A stretch of 64,000 nucleotides of DNA from Bacteroidales bacterium (GTDB lineage: Bacteria > Bacteroidota > Bacteroidia > Bacteroidales > VadinHA17). The first letter of the stretch is position 1, and every line of letters begins with the position of its first letter. Shown here one piece after another: positions 39,518-49,375 of the stretch. The stretch is taken from contig JAGGWN010000123.1 of NCBI GenBank assembly GCA_021157415.1, forward strand, positions 1,226-65,225, in the 5' to 3' direction. A program made the translations under genes and the position numbers. The notes under the pieces are model-generated. The model was given only the letters and a program-made list of their open reading frames with translations, was not told the DNA's origin and ran no database searches.

Positions 39518-40328
39518 AGTTTTCCAGCTTTTTCTGTTCCTTTTTTTTCAGATTACTGATTACATCCACATAAACCAGGTGTTTAAAATCCGTGGTTAAT
39601 TTTATCGTAGCCGTATAAAAATTACCATTCTTTACTTCGGCCTTTTCAACAATTCCGATCAATGTCCCTTCCGGAAAAACAGCGGAGAATCCACTCGTAA
39701 CAACCGTATCTCCCTCTTCTATCGGCACATGATAAGGGATATCATGCAGTAAAGCTCTCCGGTAATCCTGTCCATCCCAGGAGAGTGTGCCAAAATAATC
39801 GTTTTTCTTCAATTTTGCACTTACATGAAAATTCGTATTCAGTAGTGAAATCACCGAGGAGAAGTTTTTGGTAACCCCGGCAGTTATGCCCACAATCCCT
39901 TCCGGACATACCACTCCCATTTCAGGACGGACACCTTGTGCCCTTCCCTTATCCAGTGTCAGATAGTTATGCATCCGGTTAACACTGTTGTTTATGACAC
40001 GTGCCGAGGTGAAAAAATATTTCTGACGGTGAAGAGTGTCCTTTTCTCCAAAGAAAAACAGATCATCAGACCGGTAAACCCTTTGTAATTGATTTTTTAA
40101 GTGTGTGTTTTCAAGTGACAATTTCCGGTTGGTCTCCACCAGATGAAAATAATCGGAAAAAGAACTGATTGATTCGTTGAAAAAAGCAGATATATTTTCA
40201 GTCACCGATACAAAACGGGCTCGCTGGTATAAGTTATATTGAATCCCCATAGAAACAGCAATCACTTCCAGAATGAGAAAAAGCAGGAAAAAATAATATT
40301 TATATAAAAATCTTAAAAGATTCCTCAT
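39510..40328 (-). CDS. mreC: Rod shape-determining protein MreC
   Basis: TM plus coiled coil, LDKG...GV, GDTVVTSG.S.VFPEG. Confidence 0.93.
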   Translation of the reverse strand: MRNLLRFLYKYYFFLLFLILEVIAVSMGIQYNLYQRARFVSVTENISAFFNESISSFSDYFHLVETNRKLSLENTHLKNQLQRVYRSDDLFFFGEKDTLHRQKYFFTSARVINNSVNRMHNYLTLDKGRAQGVRPEMGVVCPEGIVGITAGVTKNFSSVISLLNTNFHVSAKLKKNDYFGTLSWDGQDYRRALLHDIPYHVPIEEGDTVVTSGFSAVFPEGTLIGIVEKAEVKNGNFYTATIKLTTDFKHLVYVDVISNLKKKEQKKLENYD

Positions 40329-40350
40329 TCATCAAGCAACTGTTTCAGGG

Positions 40351-41373
40351 TTATCTCATCAGGAATGAGAATTTATCCACGTTCTTCAAAGCGATGCCGG
40401 TTCCTCTGGCAACTGCATGCAGAGGCTCTTCCGCAATATGAAAAGGGATATTGATCTTATCTGTCAATCTCTTATCCAATCCTCTCAACAGGGCGCCTCC
40501 GCCGGCCAAATAAATGCCATGGGAGACAATATCGGCATACAGCTCGGGCGGGGTTTGCTCCAGAACACCGAGAATAGCCGTTTCTACCTTCGATATGGAT
40601 TTGTCCAGACAATGGGCTACTTCCTGATAAGATACCGGTACTTCAATAGGCAGGGCTGTCATCAGGTTAGGTCCACGCACAACATAATCCTGGGGAGGCT
40701 CGTCCAGGTCAGGCAAAGCAGATCCGACATTGATTTTGATGTCTTCCGCTGTACGTTCCCCCACTTTAATATTATGCTGATGTCTCATATATGCCTGGAT
40801 ATCGGCCGTAAAACCATCTCCTGCCACCCGGATGGATTTATTGGTCACGATACCTCCCAGGGCAATGACAGCTATTTCCGTGGTCCCTCCACCAATATCT
40901 ACGACCATGCTTCCCTCAGGAGCTTCGACATCTATCCCGATGCCAATAGCTGCTGCCATCGGTTCGTAAATCATATATACATCCCGCCCGCCGGCATGTT
41001 CGGAAGAATCCCGTACAGCCCTTATTTCCACCTCGGTACTGCCTGAAGGAATACACACCACCATACGCAAGGCCGGATTAAACAAGCGGGGTTTGTTATT
41101 TATCATTTTGATCATCCCCCGTATCATCAACTCGGCCGCATCAAAGTCGGCGATAACGCCATCCCGCAAAGGACGTATGGTCTTGATATGCTCATGCGTC
41201 TTCCCCTGCATCTGCCTGGCTCTGCCTCCGATGGCTATCAATTTCCCGGAACTCTTATCCAACGCCACAATGGAAGGTTGATCCACCACAATCTTATCAT
41301 TATGAATGATAATGGTATTGGCAGTACCCAAATCAATCGCAATCTCCTGCATCAATAATGAAAATAGTCCCAT
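40351..41373 (-). CDS. mreB: Actin-like MreB
   Basis: IDLGTANT, RPLRDGVIADF, DIGGGTTE, GGGALL. Confidence 0.97.
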   Translation of the reverse strand: MGLFSLLMQEIAIDLGTANTIIIHNDKIVVDQPSIVALDKSSGKLIAIGGRARQMQGKTHEHIKTIRPLRDGVIADFDAAELMIRGMIKMINNKPRLFNPALRMVVCIPSGSTEVEIRAVRDSSEHAGGRDVYMIYEPMAAAIGIGIDVEAPEGSMVVDIGGGTTEIAVIALGGIVTNKSIRVAGDGFTADIQAYMRHQHNIKVGERTAEDIKINVGSALPDLDEPPQDYVVRGPNLMTALPIEVPVSYQEVAHCLDKSISKVETAILGVLEQTPPELYADIVSHGIYLAGGGALLRGLDKRLTDKINIPFHIAEEPLHAVARGTGIALKNVDKFSFLMR

Positions 41374-41398
41374 AGATATTCTTATGTTTTATTGTTTA

Positions 41399-42919
41399 TC
41401 AATGTTTAAAATGTCTTATCCCCGTAAAAACCATGGCGATCTCATGGTCATTACAATAATCAACGGACTCCTGATCCCGTATAGATCCTCCCGGTTGTAT
41501 CACAGCACTGATACCCGCTTCATGAGCCACCTGCACCGAGTCGGGAAACGGGAAAAAGGCATCGGAAGCCATCACCGCGCCTTGCAGATCAAAGCCAAAA
41601 CGTTTTGCTTTCTCCACGGCTTGCTTCAGGGCATCTATCCTTGAGGTCTGGCCGATGCCATGGCCCAGCAACTGTTTGTCTTTCACCAGCACGATCGCAT
41701 TCGACTTGGAATGCTTTACCAGGATGTTGGCAAACAACAGATCTTCCACTTCTGCCGCCGTTGGCTTCCGGTGAGTAACCGCTTTCAGATCCCCGTGTGT
41801 CTCCGTTTTGTTGTCCCGGTCCTGCACCAATACCCCATTGAGTGCTGTACGAAATACCTGTGCGGGAAATGCAGCTTTCTTTCTCTTCAGGATAATCCTT
41901 TTCTTCTTGGTTTTCAGCACTTCGAGTGCCTGAGGTGTATAACCGGGAGCCATGATCACTTCAAAAAAGAGTTTATTGATATCCGCTGCCGTTTCATCAT
42001 CCACCACCCTGTTGGTAGCCAGAATCCCCCCGAAAGCCGAAACAGGATCACCGGCCAGTGCATCTTTCCAGGCCTCAAACAAATTACTGCGTATAGCAAC
42101 TCCACAGGCATTGTTATGTTTAAAAACGGCAAAGGCCGTGTCGGAAAACTCAACAATCAAACCTTCGGCTGCATCTATGTCCAGCAAGTTATTATAAGAG
42201 ATCTCTTTCCCATGGATCTGATCAAACCAAGCTTCAAAGTCGCCGTAGAAATAAGCCTGCTGATGGGGATTCTCCCCGTAACGCAATTTGTTACCGGAGA
42301 AAATACTCTGTTTGAAGGAGGGTATATTTTCGTCCCGGTTAAACCAATTGAATATCTGAGTGTCATAATGAGAACTCATCTCGAAAGCCTGAGTGGCAAA
42401 GTGCCGGCGCTCTTCCAGGGTGGTTATCCCCTGCCTGTTTTCCAGGATGCCCAGGAGATCCGGATATTGATTTTTCCGTGAAATGACCAGTACATCCTTA
42501 AAATTTTTTGCAGCAGCACGAATCAGGGATATCCCTCCGATATCAATTTTTTCTATCACGGAAGCCTCATCAGCACCCGATTTCACGGTCTCCTCAAAAG
42601 GATAAAGATCAACCACCACAAGGTCTATGGGAGGAATCTCATATTCCTTCATCTCCTGCCTGTCTCCGGAATGTTCACGACGCGCCAATATTCCCCCGAA
42701 AATTCTGGGATGAAGAGTCTTTACCCGCCCTCCCAGAATCGAAGGATAAGAAGTAATGTCCTCCACCGGGGTTACAGAGATGCCCAGCTCACTGACAAAT
42801 TTCTGTGTCCCACCGGTAGAATAGATCCGCACATGCATTTCATCCAGCTTCCGGACAATCTTTTCCAGGCCTTCTTTGTGAAAAACAGTTATAAGCGCAG
42901 CCTTAATTTTTTTTTCCAT
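41399..42919 (-). CDS. purH: Bifunctional AICAR transformylase/IMP cyclohydrolase
   Basis: STGGT, GRVKTLHP, IDIGG, LRYGENPHQ, ASDAFFPF, RHFKH. Confidence 0.97.
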   Translation of the reverse strand: MEKKIKAALITVFHKEGLEKIVRKLDEMHVRIYSTGGTQKFVSELGISVTPVEDITSYPSILGGRVKTLHPRIFGGILARREHSGDRQEMKEYEIPPIDLVVVDLYPFEETVKSGADEASVIEKIDIGGISLIRAAAKNFKDVLVISRKNQYPDLLGILENRQGITTLEERRHFATQAFEMSSHYDTQIFNWFNRDENIPSFKQSIFSGNKLRYGENPHQQAYFYGDFEAWFDQIHGKEISYNNLLDIDAAEGLIVEFSDTAFAVFKHNNACGVAIRSNLFEAWKDALAGDPVSAFGGILATNRVVDDETAADINKLFFEVIMAPGYTPQALEVLKTKKKRIILKRKKAAFPAQVFRTALNGVLVQDRDNKTETHGDLKAVTHRKPTAAEVEDLLFANILVKHSKSNAIVLVKDKQLLGHGIGQTSRIDALKQAVEKAKRFGFDLQGAVMASDAFFPFPDSVQVAHEAGISAVIQPGGSIRDQESVDYCNDHEIAMVFTGIRHFKH

Positions 42920-43106
42920 AGAATTAAAAAATATGCTATTGTATTAAATAATAATCGTTTATAAAAATTCTGCTTCAAAAAATCTATTGGTCGTAAAATT
43001 AGATAAATTTATCCATATAGCCCTGACTAATTGCAATATTTTCAAGTAAAAAAGAGTTTTGTAGTATTGTAATGTTTATGTAATTTTCCTGCCAAAACAA
43101 AATATC

Positions 43107-44357
43107 ATGATCTTTTTTCGATTAATACGGGAAAGTTTTATTTTCTCGATGCAGGCCATCCGGGTAAATAAATTACGTACATTCCTTACACTGTTAGGTA
43201 TTACCATTGGAATTTTCGCCATTATTTCCGTCTTTACCGTGCTTGACTGGATGGAAAATTCCATCCGCACCAGCATTGCTTCTCTGGGCAATGATATTAT
43301 CTACGTACAAAAATGGCCCTGGGTATTCAACCCGGATGTAAAATGGTGGGAGATTATGCGATGGCCTGTTCCGACCCTGGAAGAATATCAAAAGCTGAAA
43401 CGCCGTTCCAAACGTGCCGAAGGCATGTGTTTTATGGTGTCCGCCAATGCAAATATCTCTTACCACAGTAATTCAGTAAAGGACATTGCTTTTGTAAGCG
43501 CCACAAAAGACTTTGGAGATATACGCTCGTTTGATATTGAAAAGGGTCGTTTTTTCTCCGATTTCGAAGACCAAAACGGAAAAAACGGGGTCATTCTTGG
43601 CCATGATATTGCAAAAAGCTTATTTGACAATATCGATCCTATCGGAAAAAGAGTGACAATAAGGGGAAAAAAACTTGTTGTCCTTGGCGTTTTTAAAAAA
43701 GAAGGAGCCGGAGGTATCGGGGACCAGGGGATGGATAAAGTTGCCTTTGTTCCTATCAATTTTGTCCGTAATGTAGTCAATCTGCGCAGCGAATCGCTCA
43801 ACCCGATCATTATGATCAAGGCCAAAACGGGGGCTTCCCTCCTCGAGCTGGAGGACGAGATCACCGGCATCCTGCGCAGTATCCGCAGACTAAAACCTAC
43901 TGCACCGGATAATTTTTCCATCAACCAGGCCAGCATGCTATCCCAGGGCATGAAATCCATTTTTAGCATGGTCAACCTGGCAGGCTGGATTATCGGGGGT
44001 TTCTCCATACTGGTGGGAGGCTTTGGTATAGCCAATATCATGTTTGTCTCAGTCAAGGAACGTACACGTATCATCGGTATACAAAAGTCTCTGGGAGCAA
44101 AAAACAGTTTTATCCTCCAACAATTCCTGTATGAATCGGTTATTTTATCCCTTTTGGGAGGAATCCTGGGCCTGGTAATTATCTACTTTGGCACCCTGAT
44201 CATTAACCATTCCCAGGACCTCACCATCACCCTTACGCTGAAGAATATCATTCTGGGGCTTTCCATCTCCGGTGTTATAGGCATTCTCTCCGGGTACACC
44301 CCGGCTTTACGAGCTTCCCGGTTGAATCCCGTCGAAGCCATGGCGTCAACCTTTTAA
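43107..44357 (+). CDS. MacB/FtsX-type ABC transporter permease
   Basis: RTFLTLLGITIG, GIANIMFVSVKERT, ASRLNPVEA. Confidence 0.9.
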   Translation: MIFFRLIRESFIFSMQAIRVNKLRTFLTLLGITIGIFAIISVFTVLDWMENSIRTSIASLGNDIIYVQKWPWVFNPDVKWWEIMRWPVPTLEEYQKLKRRSKRAEGMCFMVSANANISYHSNSVKDIAFVSATKDFGDIRSFDIEKGRFFSDFEDQNGKNGVILGHDIAKSLFDNIDPIGKRVTIRGKKLVVLGVFKKEGAGGIGDQGMDKVAFVPINFVRNVVNLRSESLNPIIMIKAKTGASLLELEDEITGILRSIRRLKPTAPDNFSINQASMLSQGMKSIFSMVNLAGWIIGGFSILVGGFGIANIMFVSVKERTRIIGIQKSLGAKNSFILQQFLYESVILSLLGGILGLVIIYFGTLIINHSQDLTITLTLKNIILGLSISGVIGILSGYTPALRASRLNPVEAMASTF

Positions 44358-44573
44358 ATCCGGGCCCTGTCCGTCCGCCTGCCGGCAGACAGAAACAAAT
44401 ATCAGTCCGGACGGGGATTATGAGTTGAAATCTGTCTTTGTAATAACCCGTTATTATAAGTGGCCGAAGACAGCGAAGGAACCCCAGACGTAGTAAAGAA
44501 ATCCCTTGCAGGAAGACGCACGTACAGAAAAAGAGACAAGGACAAGTTGCAGGAAAGAAACGGATGTGTCTTT

Positions 44574-45341
44574 TTATCCTTTTTCACCAATGAGTCTGCA
44601 CAATCTCACAAAATCCTCCACACTCAATTGCTCGGCCCGCTTGTCCAGTATCTTCAAAGAAACCATATTTTCCGGCAGAAAACCTTTCAGGGCATTCCGG
44701 AGGGTCTTCCTCCGTTGATTGAAAGCCCTTTTCACCAAAGAAACATAGGTTGCTTCCCAACAAGGCAGCTCATTTCTGTCGTTGCGAACCAGCCGGATCA
44801 CCGCCGATTTCACCCGGGGTCGCGGATAAAAGACCTGCTCCGGAACAGTAATCAAATAATCCGTATCATAGAACGTCTGCAGTAATACGCTCAGCAAGCC
44901 GTAGGTTTTGGACCCGGGCATACTTACCAGCCGCTCAGCCACCTCTTTCTGGATCATAGCCACCACCTCCAAAACCCGATCCTTGTACTCCAGAATCCTG
45001 AAAAATATCGGACTGGTAATATGATAAGGGAAATTACCGATGATTGCTATACCTTCATCATTACCGGGTTGTAACTCAATTTTTAAAAAGTCTTCGGCCA
45101 TGATCCTTTCCCGTATTTCCGGAAACCTTTCCCGCAACCAAGCCACCGAATCTTCGTCAATCTCCACCAGAAAAAGCCTTTCTCCGAATTTCTCCACCAG
45201 AAACTCCGTAAGAATGCCGTGACCCGGACCTATTTCATAGACCCGACCGGCATTCCCGGCATTCAACATTCCGGTAATTTTACGGGCTATATTCTTGTCT
45301 TGCAGATAATTCTGACTGAGTGACTTTCTGGGATAATGCAT
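44574..45341 (-). CDS. rsmA: 16S rRNA dimethyladenosine transferase
   Basis: SQNYL, EIGPG.G, GNFPY.I, QKEVAER, F.QRRKTL.N. Confidence 0.96.
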   Translation of the reverse strand: MHYPRKSLSQNYLQDKNIARKITGMLNAGNAGRVYEIGPGHGILTEFLVEKFGERLFLVEIDEDSVAWLRERFPEIRERIMAEDFLKIELQPGNDEGIAIIGNFPYHITSPIFFRILEYKDRVLEVVAMIQKEVAERLVSMPGSKTYGLLSVLLQTFYDTDYLITVPEQVFYPRPRVKSAVIRLVRNDRNELPCWEATYVSLVKRAFNQRRKTLRNALKGFLPENMVSLKILDKRAEQLSVEDFVRLCRLIGEKG

Positions 45342-45587
45342 CGTTCCTTGTTATTTCAAAACCTTAAAAGTAACGATTTTTACTCTTATTCATTTGCAAA
45401 GAACCATGGTTTTAACGGAAAACATTTGCGTTTTTATCAAATACAGGTTGACATCCAGATAATTTTTTCTTAATATTGTTTTTGAGGCTGATTATCCGTA
45501 CGACCTGAGTCTGATTTCTGATTTTCTTCTTTTTATTTTCATACATCATAAACGAGAAAAATTATAATTGTAAATTCATTTTTTATT

Positions 45588-46073
45588 ATGAAACACTTCA
45601 ATCCGATTTTAATCATTCTGGTTTTTCTGACTGCTGGCCTTCCCGCTTTGGCACAGCAGACCCTGCCGGCAGCCGGTGGAAAAGCCAAAGGATCCGGAGG
45701 GGTCGTAACCTTTACGGTAGGCCAGGTTACCCAGGAAACGCTTTCCGGCAATGGAACGACCGTCCTGCAGGGCGTTCAGATCCCTTATGAGATCTATGTA
45801 GTCACGGGGAAAAAAGAATATCCCGACATTACCCTGACCTGCACCGTTTATCCCAATCCGGTAGCAGATCATCTGACGTTGAAGATGACAAAGATCCCAC
45901 GGGAAACTCTTACGGCCGTTTTGCTTGATCTCAACGGAAAACTAATCAATAACCTGGAAATCAACACCAAAGAAGTCTCCATCCCCATGGGCAAGATAGC
46001 TCCCGGCACCTATTTACTGAAAGTTACCGATAACCGGAAAATCCTGAAAATCTTTAAAATCATAAAAAAATGA
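45588..46073 (+). CDS. Small T9SS type A sorting-domain protein
   Basis: Signal peptide, short N-domain (AAGG...FTVGQV...QGVQIPYE), CTD YPNP...G.YLLKV...FKIIKK. Confidence 0.88.
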   Translation: MKHFNPILIILVFLTAGLPALAQQTLPAAGGKAKGSGGVVTFTVGQVTQETLSGNGTTVLQGVQIPYEIYVVTGKKEYPDITLTCTVYPNPVADHLTLKMTKIPRETLTAVLLDLNGKLINNLEINTKEVSIPMGKIAPGTYLLKVTDNRKILKIFKIIKK

Positions 46074-47581
46074 AACAAATTTACGCTCTTAAAAAACAAA
46101 AACCCACCGGCAATTACATGCTACCTATCCTGGTTACTCTTGTTTTTATCCTGATGTCCTCCCCCTTGGTCTTTGCTCAGGTACCTTTAAAGATAAATTA
46201 TCAGGCAATCTTACGCAATCACGACAATCAGTTGATTCCTGACACCCGGGTGGGGATACAGATAAGCATCCTGCAAGGTTCTGTTGACGGCACCCCGGTG
46301 TATGTGGAAACACATAATGTCTTCACCAACGAGAACGGCTTAGTTACCATAGAGATTGGAGGCGGAGACATTGTTTCAGGAGATCTGGAAAGCATCGACT
46401 GGATGAATGGTCCTTATTTTCTGAAAACCGCAGTGGATCCCAACGGTGGCACTGATTACACCATTCAAGGAGTCTCCCAATTACTAAGCGTTCCCTATGC
46501 TCTGTTCTCGGCAAAAGCAGCCAATGCCTTCAGTGGGGATTACACCGACCTGGTCAATGCACCGGACCTTTCCGGTTTCCTTGTCGAGGAAACGGATCCT
46601 TTATTCTCAAACAGTGCTGCCATCAATATCACCGATGAAGACATTACCAAACTAAGTAATCTCTCGGGAATAAATACAGGTGACCAGGACCTGTCCGGAT
46701 ATGTACAGATTTCTTCTTTGTCCATGGTTGTTCCGGCCAATGAGACAGATCCTGTTTTTACACTTTCCGTAGCTAATGAAATCACGGCAGAAGATACCGT
46801 CAGATGGAACCGAAAACTGGATAGCTACACGGAAACCGATCCTCTCTTTAGCACTTCCGTTGCCAGTGGGATCACGCAGCAGGATACCGGTTACTGGAAC
46901 CACAAACTGGATACAGAGGTGGACGGCTCGGTCACAAATGAAATACAGACCATCTCACGACAGGGGTTGACAGTAACCCTGAGCAAAGGCGGCGGCAGCT
47001 TTACCGACAGCGTGAACGTTTATACTGCCGGGAAAGACATCGATATAGCCGACAATACGATCAGTGTCCGGCCTTATAACATCGGGGACATCGCTTTCGG
47101 CGGCATTGTATTCTGGGTGGACGGCAGCGGACGGCATGGGCTGGTCTGCGCGAAAGAGGATCTGAGTACAGGCATGCGGTGGTATGCCGGCACATATGGA
47201 AATACCCGGGCCCTGGGCGACGGCCCTTATGCCGGGTTTATGAATACATCCGTTATCATCTCTTCCCAGGTGGCTATCGGCGATGACGGAAAGGATTACG
47301 CCGCCTTGTTGTGTTCAAAGCTGATTGTGAAAGACGAAGATAAAAGCTATGGAGACTGGTACCTGCCCTCCAAAGAAGAGCTGATGCTGATGCACAAAAA
47401 CCTGGATGCGATCAATGCTGCTGCTACCGCCAGCAAGGGCACCACTTGTGAAAGCAATTACTATTGGAGCTCGACTGAATATGATAACGAACAGGCCTGG
47501 AAAATGAACCTGGTGACCGGTGAGGTGGTACATTATTATAAAACCTATGCCGCCCGGGTCCGGGCTGTCCGGTCATTTTGA
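46070..47581 (+). CDS. Exported repeat/fibre-like protein with C-terminal DUF1566 (Lcl/CLec-fold) domain
   Basis: Signal peptide; N-domain INYQAILRN...SVPYAL; three ETDP repeats; C-domain GGIVFWVD, DWYLPSKEEL, YWSSTE, VRAVRSF. Confidence 0.82.
   Translation: MKQIYALKKQKPTGNYMLPILVTLVFILMSSPLVFAQVPLKINYQAILRNHDNQLIPDTRVGIQISILQGSVDGTPVYVETHNVFTNENGLVTIEIGGGDIVSGDLESIDWMNGPYFLKTAVDPNGGTDYTIQGVSQLLSVPYALFSAKAANAFSGDYTDLVNAPDLSGFLVEETDPLFSNSAAINITDEDITKLSNLSGINTGDQDLSGYVQISSLSMVVPANETDPVFTLSVANEITAEDTVRWNRKLDSYTETDPLFSTSVASGITQQDTGYWNHKLDTEVDGSVTNEIQTISRQGLTVTLSKGGGSFTDSVNVYTAGKDIDIADNTISVRPYNIGDIAFGGIVFWVDGSGRHGLVCAKEDLSTGMRWYAGTYGNTRALGDGPYAGFMNTSVIISSQVAIGDDGKDYAALLCSKLIVKDEDKSYGDWYLPSKEELMLMHKNLDAINAAATASKGTTCESNYYWSSTEYDNEQAWKMNLVTGEVVHYYKTYAARVRAVRSF
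46589..46921 (+). repeat. Three internal ETDP(L/V)F..S.A..IT..D protein repeats
   Basis: Repeat starts at 46589, 46742 and 46832; the last two are 30 aa apart and both end WN.KLD. Confidence 0.8.
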
Positions 47582-47642
47582 TAACCTATAAACGCTTCAT
47601 TATACAAAAAAGAAGGTCTTGGATACCACATGAAAAATTGTT

Positions 47643-47678
47643 CAACCCCGGGCAGGTATGTCCGGGGTTGTTTTTTTT
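47643..47678 (+). terminator. Rho-independent terminator
   Basis: CAACCCCGGGCA-GGTA-TGTCCGGGGTTG followed by T8. Confidence 0.85.
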
Positions 47679-47715
47679 CGCATAAAATTCCCTTAATATT
47701 TTAAACTTTAATGTT

Positions 47716-48077
47716 ATGAAACACTTTTTTGTTTCCGGAATGCGCTTCGACAGGCATTTATCTGCCGTATTTTTCACTTTTCTCTTATTCTTTCCGTTTT
47801 TTGTCTTCTCTTCTTTTGCACAATCTCCCGGGGAGATGAGTTACCAGGCCATCCTACGTGACGGTAACAACAAATTTATCCCCAACACCTAGGTAAGCAT
47901 GCAATTCAGCATCCTGCAGGGATCAGCCGACGGTACGGCCGTATATGTGGAAACACAAACACCCGCCACCAACGACAACGGTTTGATCACCTTGGAAATA
48001 GGGAAAGGCACGGTGGTATCCGGGGATTTTTCATCCATCGACTGATCGGCAGGGCCCTATTTTCTGAAGACCGAAGC
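47716..48077 (+). pseudogene. Truncated paralog of the N-terminus of 46070-47581
   Basis: MKHFF...FAQSPGEMSYQAILRDGNNKFIPNT*VSMQFSILQGSADGTAVYVETQ...ID*SAGPYFLKT; in-frame TAG at 47890 and TGA at 48043; homology ends near 48077. Confidence 0.88.
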
Positions 48078-48193
48078 TTCGATGTCAGGAGAAGCGAAAG
48101 CGGATCAACTCTTCAACCTTCGTCTGTCTTCTGCCTTTTTACTTATCTCTTATTTCCTTATCTTTGCCGCCGCAATATTTTTAGCGGCTTATT

Positions 48194-49375
48194 ATGGAGG
48201 AATTTGATTTTGACCAGGTCATCGACCGGCGCGGCACCTATTCCTATAAATATGACGGATTACAGAAGGTGTTCGGAACCAATGACCTGTTGCCCATGTG
48301 GGTGGCAGACATGGATTTTGCCGTCCCCTCGTCAGTAGTGAAGGCTATACGCCGGAGGGCAGAGCATCCCATCTACGGATATACATTCCGGCCGGAATCT
48401 TATTATGAAAGCATTGTCCGGTGGATGGACAAACGGCACGGATGGAATATTGAAAGAGAATGGATCCAATACAGCCCGGGCGTGGTGCCGGCGCTGAACA
48501 TGGTGGTGCAGGGCTTTACCGATCCCGGCGACGGGGTTATATTACAGTCACCCGTTTATCATCCTTTCTTCCATGCCATTCATCTGAATCACCGTAAACT
48601 TCTCAACAATCAGCTGATTAAATTAGAAGATAATACCTATGTATTTGATTTTGATGATCTGGTCGAAAAAGCAAAAGAGGCAAAATTGTTGCTTCTGAGT
48701 AACCCGCATAACCCGGTGGGGCGGTCCTGGAATGAAGAGGAGCTGCGTCATCTGGGTGAGATTTGCGTGGAGAACAATGTGTTGATCGTCTCTGACGAAA
48801 TCCATGCCGACCTGACCCTGCCGGGACACCGTCACATCCCCCTGGCCAATCTATCGGAAGAGATTGCCTGCCATACCATTACCTGTATGGCCCCCAGCAA
48901 AACCTTCAATCTGGCAGGACTAAGCACCTCATCGGTAATCATCAGCGATCCGGAAGTACGGAAAAGGTTTAAAGAAATAACTGAGAGCCTGCATATCGGC
49001 ATGGGCAATCTTTTCGGCATGGAAGCTTCTCAGGCCGCATACAACCACGGAGCAGAGTGGCTAAATGCTTTACTGGAATACATACAGGGAAACATTGATT
49101 ATGCCCGTTCTTTCCTGAAAGAAAACCTCCCGGAAATTGTCATGTCACCCATCGAAGCCACCTATCTTCTATGGCTCGACTTCCTGAATACCGGGATGAC
49201 AGGCGAGGCATTGCATGATTTCATGATCAGCAAAGCCAAAGTGGGGGGCAATGACGGGAGCATGTATGGCCCGGGGGGAGAAGGATTCCTGCGGCTGAAT
49301 ATCGCCTGTCCTCGCCGTGTTGTTGAAGAAGCTTTTACCCGTATTTACAATGCATTTAACGCCATTTCAAAATGA
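48194..49375 (+). CDS. MalY/PatB family PLP-dependent C-S lyase
   Basis: PMWVADMDF, NPHNPVGR, SDEIH, APSKTFN; TATCTTTG box at 48159-48166. Confidence 0.92.
   Translation: MEEFDFDQVIDRRGTYSYKYDGLQKVFGTNDLLPMWVADMDFAVPSSVVKAIRRRAEHPIYGYTFRPESYYESIVRWMDKRHGWNIEREWIQYSPGVVPALNMVVQGFTDPGDGVILQSPVYHPFFHAIHLNHRKLLNNQLIKLEDNTYVFDFDDLVEKAKEAKLLLLSNPHNPVGRSWNEEELRHLGEICVENNVLIVSDEIHADLTLPGHRHIPLANLSEEIACHTITCMAPSKTFNLAGLSTSSVIISDPEVRKRFKEITESLHIGMGNLFGMEASQAAYNHGAEWLNALLEYIQGNIDYARSFLKENLPEIVMSPIEATYLLWLDFLNTGMTGEALHDFMISKAKVGGNDGSMYGPGGEGFLRLNIACPRRVVEEAFTRIYNAFNAISK

Noticed and set aside
41660-42481. Long antisense ORFs (also 25406-26134, 16890-17639, 33664-34371, 40417-41046)
   Set aside because: Shadows of well-supported genes on the opposite strand, with no recognisable motifs
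45483-45516. Direct repeat TGAGGCTGATT / TGAGTCTGATT as a LytTR-type site
   Set aside because: 23-bp period is slightly off the usual spacing, there is one instance only, and no cognate regulator is nearby
47716-48077. Stop-codon recoding (TAG/TGA read-through)
   Set aside because: Both TAG and TGA terminate normal genes in this window and the ORF is also truncated, so a pseudogene is the simpler explanation
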